Positions 51,411 through 64,000 of a stretch of DNA of 64,000 bases are shown piece by piece. The DNA is taken from positions 46,252,001 to 46,316,000 of the forward strand of contig OX597824.1 of assembly GCA_951406725.2 (NCBI GenBank), given 5' to 3'. How positions within the stretch are numbered: position 1 is the first letter of the stretch; every line of letters starts with the position of its first letter. This DNA is from Octopus vulgaris. Taxonomy: Eukaryota. The position numbers and the translations under genes are program-made. The notes beneath the pieces were generated by a model. It was not told the origin of the DNA. It did not search any database and saw only the letters and a list, made by a program, of their open reading frames with translations.

Positions 51411-52294
51411 GAAACATGTTGATTTATATTCATTGTAAAGAGTAACATTTATTGACAGGATTCTGGTTTAAGCATCCCTTCAAATTTTGGAATTTTTAGA
51501 AGACTTTTGTGCATTTGTGTTCTATACTCAGGAATTCATACGGTTATGCAAGAAAAAAAATTGCATGTGATTTAAGGACGATTTAGCTGCTGTTACCAGC
51601 ACGTCCTATGACCACCTTATACTGTCCTCGTTTCTTTGCCACTCTGACATGTATTGATGTATTTCGATATTTTACTCCCGCTAAACATTTTTAATGGAAG
51701 GATGATGCACGAAAGGGTGGTCCACTGCTGGTATTTTGGCCAAATACTCGAACTGACCGTTTTTCAAACTGATTTTAAAAAAAAAATTCGACAAAGTGTG
51801 GAAATTTTAACATTTATGGTGAGGAGGAGAGGTTTCAAAATGTTTTTTCCATAATCATATGAATTCCCGTATATAGAACTCAAATTCGCTAGAATTTTCT
51901 GAAAATTCCCAAAAAATAAAAAAGTTACGAGGGTTTATACGAGTTGCTTAAACCAGACATCCATCTAATTATCACCTGGCGACGTGTTACATCAAATACA
52001 ATGTAAAGGGAGATAATTACCAACTCTGTTAAAGGGAGCTAATTAGCAACTCTGTGCAGGAGAATACACTGTAAGGGGAATAATTACCAACTATTTTAAT
52101 AGCAGCATCTTACATGATGTGTGCTACATGTTCTTATTGACGTCTGTCCTTTTTTGCAAGACGTGTGTCGGTTTTTTAATCTCGCTGCAGCTTTTCAACC
52201 AATTGTAAATAGATACACCACTAGCGCCAAATTACCAGTAATTTAGAAATGCGCTTTCAATTTCCAACTACTTTTTCGATACATACATTCATAC

Positions 52295-52350
<56 letters not shown>

Positions 52351-52789
52351 GACGGGCTTCTTTCGGTTTCCGTCTATCAAATCCACTCACAAGGCTTTGG
52401 TCGACCCGAGGCTACAGTAAAAGACACTTGCCCAGGGTACCACGCAGTGGGACTGAATCCGGATCCCACATAGCCACTCCTGCGCGTATTGTATACGATC
52501 TCATTCAACTTTTTTTCTTTCAGTCTAGCCCCTTATGTCATGTAGGAGGGTTGTGTTGGCGGTTGATGTCGTTTACTAATACAGAAAGTGTCCTCTTTTT
52601 TCAAATATATATTGTTTATAAGAAATGTTTTCCTTTTTATGATGCTACCCTATTAACAACAAAAAATTATCTGTTTGGCAAATAAAAATAGGAATCTGTA
52701 ATATTCCTTTTTACTATAGCACAAGGCCTAAAATTTTGCGGGAGGGAGTGACCGTAAAGACGGATGGAATGCGGATCTAGGTAGTTTCA

Positions 52790-53150
52790 TTTGCAAAATG
52801 GCCCCCACGCACACTTTAATTTTGCTCAGATTGCTTTCAATTTTGGTGTATCGATGCAACTTTGAATTTTGATTACGATCAACCAATTACTTTATCTCGT
52901 AAATTAAAAGTCTGATGTTACTTGGAGTTAAAGTTGGGATATTTGGATGATTTTAGCCATTCAACAGACAGCGTGGTATTAGCAGCTTGTTAACATGACA
53001 ACCGCACGCTGTGTTGTGTTTCACTTCACCTGTGTCTTTGCCGTACGTGATCAATAGCGTGAAACGCCGTTTTTTTGACTTGGATGTTAAGTCACTGCAA
53101 ATATAGCGAAAATTGTTTACGATATTTATACAGTTTCTTGGCATTATGAA
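52790..53150 (-). mobile_element. Chapaev3 transposase N-terminal fragment
   Basis: MPRNCINIVNNFRYICSDLT resembles the Chapaev MxRxCxNxPNxFCYICG start. Confidence 0.55.
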
Positions 53151-54121
53151 GGTGAATGGACAGTAATACCAACCTTCAGGAACTCATTGACTCAGCTGGA
53201 TTTATGATTTCACTAAATTAATTCTATTCATAAACATTAGGAGTATTTCTTAAACCGTTAGCTTTACACTTCTTTTTCTTGGGACAAATTCTTTGTTGAC
53301 CAGTGTTATTCTTACGGCGGTTTTCGGTTATTCTGCCTTAAGCTTTCTCTTAGGTTATATTATTTTATTTGGCTTTTCTCTGAGTAAGGGAGAATATAAT
53401 GATTCAACGTCACTTATACTAAAGTGTTATCATTATACCTAAAACCCTAACTACAGTTATAACGTCATAGAGACATATACGCATGAAACGCTATATTAAT
53501 GACATGTATGTATATTTTCTTCGTGTCCTTTTAAACCGCTATAAGAAACATAAATTAAAGATTACAGAAATGCATATTTATTTATGCTCAGTTGAAAAAC
53601 AAACGTGAAGAGAAACATTTTCTTTTAATTAGTTTTTATTATATAAATATAACATTTTATCTTATTTACAGTAGGAAAGAACTTTGTCGTGAAGAAGAAC
53701 GACTATGAATTCATTAACTAATTTCTTCTTTTCTAACTAATAATTTAACCTACAAATCAAAATAGATTTGTGATTAACTCTAGACATGGCATAAAAATTA
53801 CCGATGTCTCAAAAGAGTGAGTGTCATGGAGTTGAGTGACTTCCAACAAACACTAAAATTTTTCCCCAAATCCCGGGTTTTTATAACTGCTCAACTTGAC
53901 TAAAAAGAATCGAAATTCAGGACAAATATTCTTTACGAAACTTTTAGAATCTTTATATGAGCAGTTATATTAACCAATGGAAAAAAACGAAAATGATAAT
54001 TCTTCGGCAAAGAATATTGCCAATTCGCGCCACATTTCAAAATGGCTAAAATGGTTATTGCTACATTATCGTAGTTTACAAATCCAAGTATGAAAACGTT
54101 ATTCAACTTTGGAGTTTTGGA

Positions 54122-54176
<55 letters not shown>

Positions 54177-54879
54177 ATGCATAAATGTACATATAAACTT
54201 ATATAGGAATACGTACATCTACATGCACTTGTATATTAATGATGTACACAAATACATGACAGGTATACATAATACTGAAATGTGCATAAAGTAAACACAT
54301 GCAGACATAAATTTTTTTAAAAATAATAAAAACATACAATCAATGAAGAGACAAAAGAATCAGTAAGATGATACAGGTAAGCGATGTGAAAGACAGTGGT
54401 GATGGTGGTAGAGGAGAAGGGGGCGAAGTCAAAAGTATTGATGGTGGGGGCGTCAGAAATCTGAATAGTGTGTGTATGGCAGATGCGGTGGCGATAGTGG
54501 TGGTACTGTTGTTTATCATGCAGCTTTGCAGTAAGTTCCAAGTCGACAAATTATATCATTGTTTTGATGAAAATGGTTCGTTGCTTGAAAGCTATTGTTC
54601 AAGTTTAATAAAATTTAATATGTACTCAATGCATGAAATGTCATTGTTGGGCCAAAGGCCTAATAAAGAGCCCTCCACAGGAGCTAGCTTAAAATGCAGT
54701 ATCACAGAAGTATGTTTCAAAGGGACTGCCTGTCTGTGTTACTATTCATACTTTCAGTAAGCCCCTTGTCATTTATGTTGTGGAAATATGAAGGGTATTT
54801 CACTGGTTCACAAGGAAACAATGAACATTACAAACTGCTTCTTTGTGGATACTTGAAATTGTATGCCAAGAATATACAT

Positions 54880-55875
54880 GAGATGAAAAATGCCTTGACC
54901 TGGTTACATCATTCTCAAATGACATAGGGTTGGAGTTTGGTCTAGATAAATATTGCTATATAGTTGTAAAAAGAGGGAAAACTGTAAACCAGATTATCAA
55001 CATCTCCATTGATGACTTTACTGTTTCTAATATATTTGATGAGGAATGTTACAGGTACCTAGGAGTTGACGAAAACACATCTTACGATGATACCTGTAGC
55101 AAGGCACATGTCACTAAAGAATATTATAAAAAGTTAAGAAAAATATGGACCTTGAAACTCACTACAATGTATTTGCAGTACCAGTACTCATAACAACATT
55201 TGGGCTACTTGATTGGACACATGATGTGAAAACCCGGAAAATATTGCCTAGCACAAATAATTTTCATATCAACAGCGACGTGGTCCGCCTCCACAAAAAA
55301 AGGGAGGAAGAGGCTTAACATTGATCCAGGTTGCCTTTGAATATCATATCATATCCCATCGGCAATATCTTTTAATCAGCAAGTGTTGAAGTGAATCCCT
55401 TGACCAAGTTTGCATACACGAAGCAGATAACTTCATGAAACTTGGAAAGCAGCTCCTTGAGCAGCATTCCTTGTCTGATAACCTTGAACATATGCCCAAA
55501 GAAGTCACACGACTCTACTGCAACGTATCAAATGAAAGGGTGAGTGCATATCATCAGAAGACCATGCATGGATATGTTAGCAAATAGCTCAAGGATAACA
55601 GTAACATTGAATATGAAAATAGTTTGTCATGGACCAACAATTGGATCACAAACTCTGGCTTTGAAGGGTTGCGTTTGCAATCCAGAAACAGGATACGGCA
55701 ACCAAATACCTAATGTACAAAAGGGACAGAGACACAGGAAAAATACCAAAATATGATAACTGACGCAGACTTTGTGGAGTTAACACCGAAGATATTACCC
55801 ACATCATAATCACTTGTCCAAAAATGTCATCGCGTATAATCTACCGATGAAACATGATGTTGTAGCGAAGACAAT
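54880..55875 (+). mobile_element. Decayed Dong/R4-type LINE fragment
   Basis: FSNDIGLEFGLDKYCYIVVKRGK, YRYLGV, LCG...EDITHII..CP, HDVVA motifs with many stops. Confidence 0.78.
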
Positions 55876-55954
55876 TGCTGTTTCTGATTTTCCTTGAGTT
55901 CATGCGGAACCCACTTATCCAACTTTTTCACTTTATCAATTTGAACTAGGCGAG

Positions 55955-56467
55955 TCAGTATTGTTTGTTTGCTAAGGTTAAAGTTTTAGGGTTAGAGTTA
56001 CGGAAAAAAAAATGAAGAAATTGGAGGGGTAGGGGTAGGGGGCAAAAAAATCTTTCCGAAAATAGTAGCTGAAAACAGAAAAAAAAACTAAAAGCAGTAG
56101 AAATGCATGAACGATTTTGGTGGTGCCATGAAGTACACATGTTTCAGATACACTCGTTTATACATACAAACGTAACTGAGATGAAATATGTCATAAATAA
56201 CAGTGACAAACGAAATATACACCGCCGGAAGTTGTTGTTGACAAACAACGGCAGTAATTTTATTCAGCTGAATACATGTTATTGATTGGTTGAAATTACC
56301 GAAATACGACAACTTTAACACGAAATAACTTCGTAAATATAAACTTTTCTCAAAAACGCTAGGAGTAAAAGATGTTTTATATGACATTCTACCAGTGTCC
56401 GAAGTTTGAAAGTGTTTAGTTACAAAAAAATTATTTTCTAAATCTGCCGGTCAAAAGGTAAAGATCT
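55955..56467. mobile_element. One end of a DNA transposon related to 6340-7308
   Basis: tgacattctaccagtgtccgaagtttgaaagtgtttagttac...aaaaggtaaagatct parallels the right TIR of 6340-7308; no partner end found. Confidence 0.55.
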
Positions 56468-57329
56468 CTGTCCTGCTCTTATTACCAATTTTGACCCTCC
56501 GCAAAATCCCAAATTTTATTTAATTTGCTTTGCGGGAGCAACTGCTTTATCGAAGGCGTATCTTGTCGCGAATTGCTCGAAATACGGATTAGAAAATCAG
56601 CCGATAACTGATGAAGGGCCGTTCTTTATGCTGCTTGTCTTGTTTTCCATGTTTCTTTTGTTGTTCTCAAAAAGTTCATATTCTATGTATTTGCATTTCG
56701 TATTGCATGTTGTTTTCATTTTTCATTTGTTTACGTTCTGTGACGTCCTGTGCCCACATATGCATATGTATATACATATATATGTAAGTATGTACATATA
56801 TGTATGTATAAATGCATATATATATTATTTATATTATTATATACGGTTATCGATTCGTTTTGCAACTTTTCTGATCTGAAATCGTGTCTTGAAACAGATA
56901 TCGTTGCATTTCGACTCTTAGACAGATTACAGCCGCTACACACATAACAGTAGACAAACCGAGCCTTAACAGAAAACATGAATCAAACAATAACACCCAC
57001 CACCGCACCACATGACTAAAGACAGTAGGGATGTGAAGAGAGAGGGAAAGAGAAAAGAAAAAACCCGTAAATAATACACAGAAATTTATAGGGTAATACA
57101 CACACAGATATATATGCACTTATCTGTGACACTTATGGGAAATAGAAATAGATGTATAAAAGATAAGTAAATAAATTAATATATAAATAGCTAAATAAAT
57201 AAATATATAAATATATCTGCCATATTCTTGTGATAAATGTAAGACAGAGATAGATAAAATAATAAATAAAACTATATAAAAGGTATGGATACATACGAAG
57301 CGAACCCATACACACACACATACATGAAG

Positions 57330-57815
57330 AAAAGCACTGGGTGGTTAAAAACTGGCCACAAAGGAGACAATTGTCACCTGAATAAAAAAAAAAAAACATT
57401 CTGCACGAGCTCTTGATTAAACCTACAAAATTACTGCGATCATCTTTGCACATCAATCTAAGTATGATGAAACAGTTTGTTACATCTTTGCCTGCAGATG
57501 GATTATGTTTGCAGTATCTATCAAAACAAATTCCCAAATATAACCAGTGAGAAAATTAAAGCAGGAATATTTTTTTGTCCAGATTATGAAAAATCCATGA
57601 ATGGATCTCAAAAACAGGCATGGGTGAGCTTCAGATGTGTTGTCGAGAACGTTTTTGGAAACAATAAGTGTTCAATTACAGTCATAGTTGATACCATGTT
57701 GTAAAACTTCAAAAAGCTTGGGTGCAACATGAGTGCTACAATTCACTTTCTTCACTCGACTATTTCCCGGGGTATCTTGGCAATCTAAATGAAGAGCACG
57801 GTGAGAGTTTCACAC
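57330..57815 (+). mobile_element. Chapaev3 transposase internal fragment
   Basis: LHINLSMMKQFVTSL, KFPNITSEKIKAGIF, AWVSFRCVVENVFGN, LGCNMS, EEHGESFH. Confidence 0.8.
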
Positions 57816-57940
57816 TTTCAATTTCAACCAAAATTACAAAGTTCTGCATTACGAGAGTGGCGATGTGTGAATAATGAAAGTAATGTTTCTCCGAATTAGT
57901 CACATCTATATTAAAATAAAACAAGCTGCTTATATATATA

Positions 57941-58680
57941 TTGGGGTATCCCATAAGTAATGCGGTTTTTTCAATTGTATGAACTAAAAGTCGAAGGGGG
58001 AGGGGATAAACTACCCGCATCAACTTGCTATAAAAACAGGTAGTAATTTTACCTTGTCTTTATTCTTAGTGCAAGTTTTGAAGAGTGCCGTTCAATTTTA
58101 ACAATTATCTTTTCAAATCTATAGTGGAAGTGACAAAAGAGCATATTCGGCATATTTTGCTTTATGAGTTCAATAAAGGCAAGAATGCAATGGAAAGTGC
58201 TAGGGTTACTAATGCAGTATATGGAGATCGGACAATAAGCGTAACCCAGTCTCAGCTGTGGTTCCAGAAATTCCGAACTGGAAACTACAGCCTAGAAGAC
58301 GAGCCTCACCCTGGAAGATCTGTAGAGCTCGACGAGAACATCCTGCAAATCCCGGTGGAACAAATCCCATCGTAACTGTTGAGGAGCTATCAGAGAAGCT
58401 TGGATTTGGTCATTCAACCATTCATCGATACCAGCGCCAGAAGAAAAACGATCATCTTTGGTTTCAAGACGAAAGGTGTTCTTCCATCAGGATAATGCTC
58501 GGCCACATACAGCGAGGATGGCATTCTAAAGGTTGGAGCAATTTCAATGGGAAACGATGTCCCACCAACCATAATAGCCGGACATTGTCCCATCTGATTA
58601 TCATTTCTTCCGCAGTCTTCAAAATAATTTGGACGTAAAAAATATGAAGTCTGTAGACGAGGTCAGAACAGTAGTGGAGC
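57941..58680 (+). mobile_element. Mariner, same family as 10621-11967, internally deleted and 3'-truncated
   Basis: TA|ttggggtatcccataagtaatgcgg TIR; VTKEHIRHILLYEFNKG. Confidence 0.88.
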
Positions 58681-60390
58681 TGTTAAAAAAGGATACCAAA
58701 TGGTTTTAGTAAAAAAAAAATGTCAGAAAGGATTTGAGGAACTAAAAAGCATGTTAACTTCAGACTTGTCACTTACACACTTCGATCCGAAGTTGGAAAT
58801 GATAATGCCAACATATGTTAATGAGTAGGGGATAGGTACCGTACTCCTATACAAAAGTGAACATGGTAGCCAAAAGTCATAGATCACGCATCAAGGATGC
58901 TATTGCCAGCGGGAAAAATTATAGCCAAATTGAAAAAGAGGCATTTGCGATTATATTTGTTCTATATAAGTTCTACAGGTTTATACATGGTAGACGGTTT
59001 AGACTACAAACAGACCATCACCCGTTGCTAAAGATTTATGTATCCAAGAAAGGAATCCCAGTACATACAGTAAACAGGTTGCAGAGATGGGGCACCATAC
59101 TACTAAACTACGACTACGCAATGGAATATTTACCTTTGAAAAAGCTAGGACATGCTGAAAGCCTATCCAGGTTGATACACAGAAATGGCGAACCATTCGA
59201 GGACACAGTAATAGCAGCCCTAAGAGCCGAAGAGGAAATTAAACATATTATGTGGAATATTGTACGAGAGTTAGTAATAACTCTGGAGGAGATAAAGTGA
59301 TATGCGTCAAAAGATAAGTTCATTCATGAAACAAAAAAAAAACAAACAAACTGTGATGAGCCAAAGAAAACAAAAATAGGTTCGGTTAAAAAAACAGCAA
59401 TAGGTAAACATATATTCAGCATTCGGCAGCGTACTGATGTATGGCCGAAGGGTAGTTATACCTGAGACTTTACAAAAAAAAATGTCGAAAGAATTCCATA
59501 TTGGACATCCGGGGATTGCAAGGATGAAAGCGCTTATGCACAGTTATGTGTATTGGCCGAAGATAGACAAGGAAGTTGAAAACATAATATAAGGCTGCAG
59601 AAGATGTGCTCTGGCAGCGAAATTGCCAACTCAAAATTGGAAGCCTTGGCCAGAAGTAAAAACTCCATGGTCAAGACTACATATCGATTTTGTGGGCCCG
59701 TTAAATGGTTATTATTACTTAGTAGTAGTTGACAGTTTTATAAAATGGCCGCAAATTTTTAAGTCCAAAAGACCAACCTCCGAAACGGTAATAATTTTTT
59801 TGCACGAATTATTCGCAAGATTTGGCATTCCAGACGTGATAATGGAACACAATTTGTGTCCAATAAATTTAGAAAATTCTGCGATATGTTCACAGTAGAA
59901 CATAAAAACGATAGCGCCTTACCATCCCAGATCAAATGGACAGTCAGAGCGTTTTGTGGACATTTTTAAAAGAGCTTTGAGAAAAGTAAACAAGGAAATC
60001 ACAGACGAAGTCGTTCTGTCGCAATTCCTTAGCGTATACGGGTGACACCGAACCCCAATACACCAGTAGGAAGCTCACCAGCAGAACTGATGTTCGCGAG
60101 GAGGTGAAATCAGTTTTTGATAAACTGTTACCCGGCGAGGAAAGAAAAAGTACCAGGAAAGAAAATCCAAAATTTTTCAAAATTGGCGATACATGAGGTC
60201 GTATAAAAACAGAGAACAATACTGGGAAGAAGGAAAAATTACAAATTACGTAGGGAAAATGATGTACGGAATTAAAATCAGAAAAGGTATTAAAAAAGAC
60301 ACAGAAATCAATTGAAGAAGAGATTCGTAAAAAATGAACCAAACAGATTGGAAGAACCTATGGAATAGCTAGCTGTATGACACATTCCAG
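58681..60390 (+). mobile_element. Ty3/Gypsy pol relic (RT connection, RNase H, integrase)
   Basis: LTHFDPK, NYSQIEKEAFAIIF, QTDHHPL, RLQRW; H-H-C-C zinc motif (HIGHPG...CRRC); PWSRLHIDFVGP, VVVDSF.KWP, PYHPRSNGQSERFV; many frameshifts; no LTRs seen. Confidence 0.9.
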
Positions 60391-60744
60391 GTAGCAATTC
60401 AAATTTCGCCGAGGTCAACTTTGCTTCATCCTTTCGGGGTCGCTAAATTAAGTACCAGTTACGTACTGGGGTCGATCTAATCGACTGACCCCCCTCCCCC
60501 GAAATTTCAGGCCTTATGCCTAGCGTAGAAAAGAATATCGGAGCTTAAATGTCGTGGCACAGCATCCTATATAATTGTAAATTTTGTTCCGGCTTACTGC
60601 TGCACATTCATATACTATGTTCCTTTCTAAACATGATTTATTTAAAACACATTCCCTATCCCCTCTACAGTTACAACCGACCCTGTCCTTCCTATTATCA
60701 CTATTGTCGTTACTATCGTTATCATTACCATCATTATTACTTTC

Positions 60745-62281
60745 TCTTTATCACAAGTTTTGTTGGAACTCCTGGAGCCTTGCATGCGTAGCGGGCTTGC
60801 TACATGCAGCCTACGGTACCATGCTATTCGTTCTTTTCAGCTATCTAATACTTCTTTGCTTATTCTGGTCATGCCAAGGAGGCAAACCTTTTGTAACAGT
60901 TCTACTGAGTACTCCATTCCAATTTCTTTTATATTTCTCTTGATGCTATTTGATGCTGTTCTCAAGGACCCAACAATAATTGGCACCATCTTCACCTTCA
61001 TCATTTTCCAAAGCCGGGTTATTTCGTACTTAAGAGGGTTGTATCTATCTACCTTTTCGCCTTCCTTCTTGACTATTCATGAGTCAAAGTGGCACGCAAC
61101 ATCAACTATATAGCGTATGTGGTGCACCTTGTCCACCACCACTAGGTCCGGTCTGTTATGCTCAAGCACCTGATCTGTTTGGATTGGGAAATCCCAGAGG
61201 ATTTTGTTCGTCTCCGACTCTGCCACTCTCTGCGGTTTGTACTCATACCATGTCTTGCCTCTCTCTAGCCCCCACTTTTCGTACATTTTCCAGTGTAACA
61301 CTTTCGATACCTGGTCATGTTGCCACAACTTGTAGTGGTTTTGGCAAGTCTAGGGCATTCGTTCATGATATGGGCAATGGTTTCATCCACTCTATTGCAG
61401 ATGCAGCACAGAGAGACACTTGCTCATTCCTAAGGTTGACCTTCTAGTTCGTGGCCAAAGATTGGTCTTGCGATGCCAGTAGAGTGCTCTCGATCTCTTT
61501 TTTTCAGGGTTCCTTTCTTCAACCAATCCCACCTGTTTTTTTCAGCAGCTTCTGTTGTGGCTACATGGAATTGATTGTGTAGTCCCTTCTTGCGTAATTT
61601 TTCTTCATGTCCTTTTTGTACTTCTTCCTTTGTTTTCCCTTTTTCTCTGCTCTCAATACTCCCTTGTTCCTAACTGTCACTAGCAAGGTTTCATTACTTT
61701 GGGATAGGTATCTCATTAAGCTCTCCTCCACTTGCTCTCTTCATGTACAGGCGATCAGTGTCTGCACGTCGATGATGGGCTCCATGCATAGTTAGATTTC
61801 TTGGCTTCTTGTCCATCTCCTTTACCTCCTCCTCTGTCCACTTCAGGATTCTATTGCCATACCGAACTACTGCGACTACGCACGAGCTTATTGCCGAAAT
61901 TATGTTTCTGGCATTCAGACTCGAAGCCAATATTTTCCTCTCTCACCGCAAGTACTCTCTTTTTGTCTTTTCCTTCATGTCATGGTGTTTGATTCCATCT
62001 GCCTCAAGTATTCCCAGGCATTTATAAATGGATTTTAGTTGAATTGCCTTCATCATTTCACCATTTGGCAACGATATGCCTTCTGTATTAACAAGCTTTC
62101 TTCGTCTCATCACCATCGTAGCACATTTTGAGAGTCCAAACTCCATCTTAATATAATTGGAGAAAATCCGCACAGACTGGACTAAGCTGTCCAGTTCTGC
62201 CTCAGCTTTTGTGAATAGCTTCAAGTCGTCCATGAATAGCAAGTGGTCCACTTTTTCCCTACCTCTTCCCAGATGATACCC

Positions 62282-62283
<2 letters not shown>
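60745..62283 (-). mobile_element. 5'-truncated Dong/R4-type LINE (REL endonuclease), decayed
   Basis: HLLFMDDLKLF (RT), MEFGLSKC, HDQV...KILWDFPIQTDQVLEHNRPDLVVVD...IVDVAC, LLQKVCLLG; both ends abut TAA-type repeats. Confidence 0.9.
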
Positions 62284-62351
<68 letters not shown>

Positions 62352-62361
62352 GTTATTGTTA

Positions 62362-62441
<80 letters not shown>
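62283..62441. repeat. (TTA/TAA)n microsatellite, ~52 units
   Basis: Directly visible; source of the poly-Tyr pseudo-ORF. Confidence 0.98.
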
Positions 62442-62444
<3 letters not shown>

Positions 62445-64000
62445 TAGTTTTATTTTTATTTTTATAGCGTGCTTTCACTTCACTACCGAGCGCAGCTCTG
62501 TGTGCCTTGGGTATGTGCTGTGATTTGTTGTGATGCTCTGATGGTTATTGTATGGAAAGTGTTCTGCGTAGGATGTGTGCAGTGCCTAGTAGTGCAATTT
62601 TCTGTATGTTATATGTGTTTGTAAGTCCTGGTGTTTTTGTTATGTATTTGTCTGAATATTTTTTTATCATGCCTAATGCACCTACTATGATAGGAATTGT
62701 TTCTGTTTTCAGATTCCACATTCTAGTTACCTCTATTTCCAGGTCTTTGTATTTTGAGAGTTTCTCCATTTCTTTTAGAGACACGTTGTCATCTGCCGGT
62801 ACTGATACATCAATTAGAAAGCATTTTTTTCTTCATGGTCTCTGACAACTATATCTGGTCTGTTGGCCTTAATTTCTCTATCTGTGTGTATCGGCATATT
62901 CCAGAGTATGGTTGCTTTCTCGTTTTCTGTGACCTTTTCTGGTGTGTGCCTATACCATCTTTTTTCTGTTGTTATTCCATAATGTTGGCATAGCTTCCAA
63001 TGTATGTAAGTTCCAACTCTGTCATGTCTGTGAATATATTCCTTCTTAGCCAGGACTGGGCAGCTAGAGATAATATGATTTATTGTTTCTTGTCCATCTC
63101 CACATATTCTGCAGTTACTTGTAATATTTCTTTTCATTACATGTTTTTGGTAATTTCTGGTGGGGAGGCTTTGGTCTTGTGCTGCAATTAAAAATCCCTC
63201 TGTTTCTGCTTTGAGTCCTGAGCTTCTCAACCATTGCTGGGATTTTTCTTTGTCTATTTCTTTTGCGTTTAGTTTAGTCCAGTATTTACCATGAAGGGGC
63301 TTTTCTTGCCATCGTTTTATCATGGTTCTTTGCTGTTCTACTTTTAGTTTGGATTTCATTTTTTTTATAGCTTTTGTTGTTTCTTCATCTTCTTCTTCTT
63401 CTTCATGTTTATTAGGTGGTATGATTTCTTGTTTGTATTTGTCAGCTTCCTTAAATACTGAGAACAGTTTTTTGTTTTGCTCGTGTTTTGCCGCTATCTG
63501 GATCAGTTTTCCTTCCTTCTGAAGTAGATATTTTTGCAGTCCTATGGTGGTTATTTTATAGTAGTTTTCCAGCTGTATAAGGCCTCTACCACCTTCTATA
63601 CGTTGTATATATAGTCTTTCTATGTCAGATTTTGGGTGATGCATCCTAGATCCTGTCATTATTTTTCTTGTTTTCCTGTCTATTTTGGTCAGTTCATTTC
63701 GTGTCCAGTTAAGGATATTGTAGCTGTAACTTATAACTGGGACAGCTAAAGTGTTGATACCTATTATCTTGTTTTTAGCATTGAGCTCTGTGTTTAGTAT
63801 TGATCTAACTCGTCTATAATATTCTTTTTTTATTTTCTCTTTCATTTGTGTGTGTTGTGTCTTATCTAGTTCATGGATTCCTAAGTATTTGTAAGTTTGG
63901 CTTTGGTCTAATTCTTTTATTTCATTTGCTTCATCTAGTGTGATGTTGTTACTCTTAACTAGTTTTCCTCTTTTCATGGTTACTTTGGCGCATTTTTCTA
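62442..64000 (-). mobile_element. Young Dong/R4-type LINE (RT thumb, CCHC knuckle, PD-(D/E)xK endonuclease), runs off the window edge
   Basis: ORFs 62814-63977 and 62545-62784: YKYLG, GGRGL, AAQDQ, CRIC...HIISSC, RHD, RPDIVV, IDVSVP, KLSKYKDL, GALG. Only one frameshift visible, in the T-run near 62824-62830. Confidence 0.93.

Noticed and set aside
55975-56045. Telomeric or G-quadruplex repeat (ttaggg, gggtaggggtagggg)
   Set aside because: Only isolated degenerate units inside a DNA-transposon end; not an array.
56575-56625. Permuted hammerhead (cgaaa...ctgatga)
   Set aside because: Stems I-III cannot be paired convincingly around the two boxes.
62243-62467. Poly-tyrosine protein
   Set aside because: Translation of (TAT)n.

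Overview
Eukaryotic, AT-rich, microsatellite- and transposon-saturated animal DNA. The repeat landscape (RTE LINEs with (GAT)n tails, Dong/R4-type LINEs, two tRNA-derived SINE families, Chapaev3, mariner, hAT, piggyBac-type MITEs) looks like an octopus/coleoid cephalopod genome; this is an inference. One intact host gene is visible and is absent from the ORF track: a 4-exon NPC2/ML-domain sterol-binding protein on + (CDS 28632-28725, 33397-33504, 37905-38080, 44191-44271; 152 aa, signal peptide, 6 Cys), with an SREBP/NF-Y-like motif cluster upstream. Nearly all other ORFs are transposon relics or translated microsatellites. Most noteworthy: (i) an RTE LINE family with a PHD finger inserted behind the RT core and a 3' array of ~60-nt double-hairpin modules with conserved stems and variable loops; (ii) a degenerate Penelope-type hammerhead ribozyme; (iii) a near-perfect ~165-bp LINE-derived palindrome inside a TIR pair; (iv) REL-endonuclease LINEs stacked at (TAA)n arrays, one nearly intact; (v) an orphan 39-nt candidate microexon. 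Coordinates were read by eye; relic boundaries are approximate.
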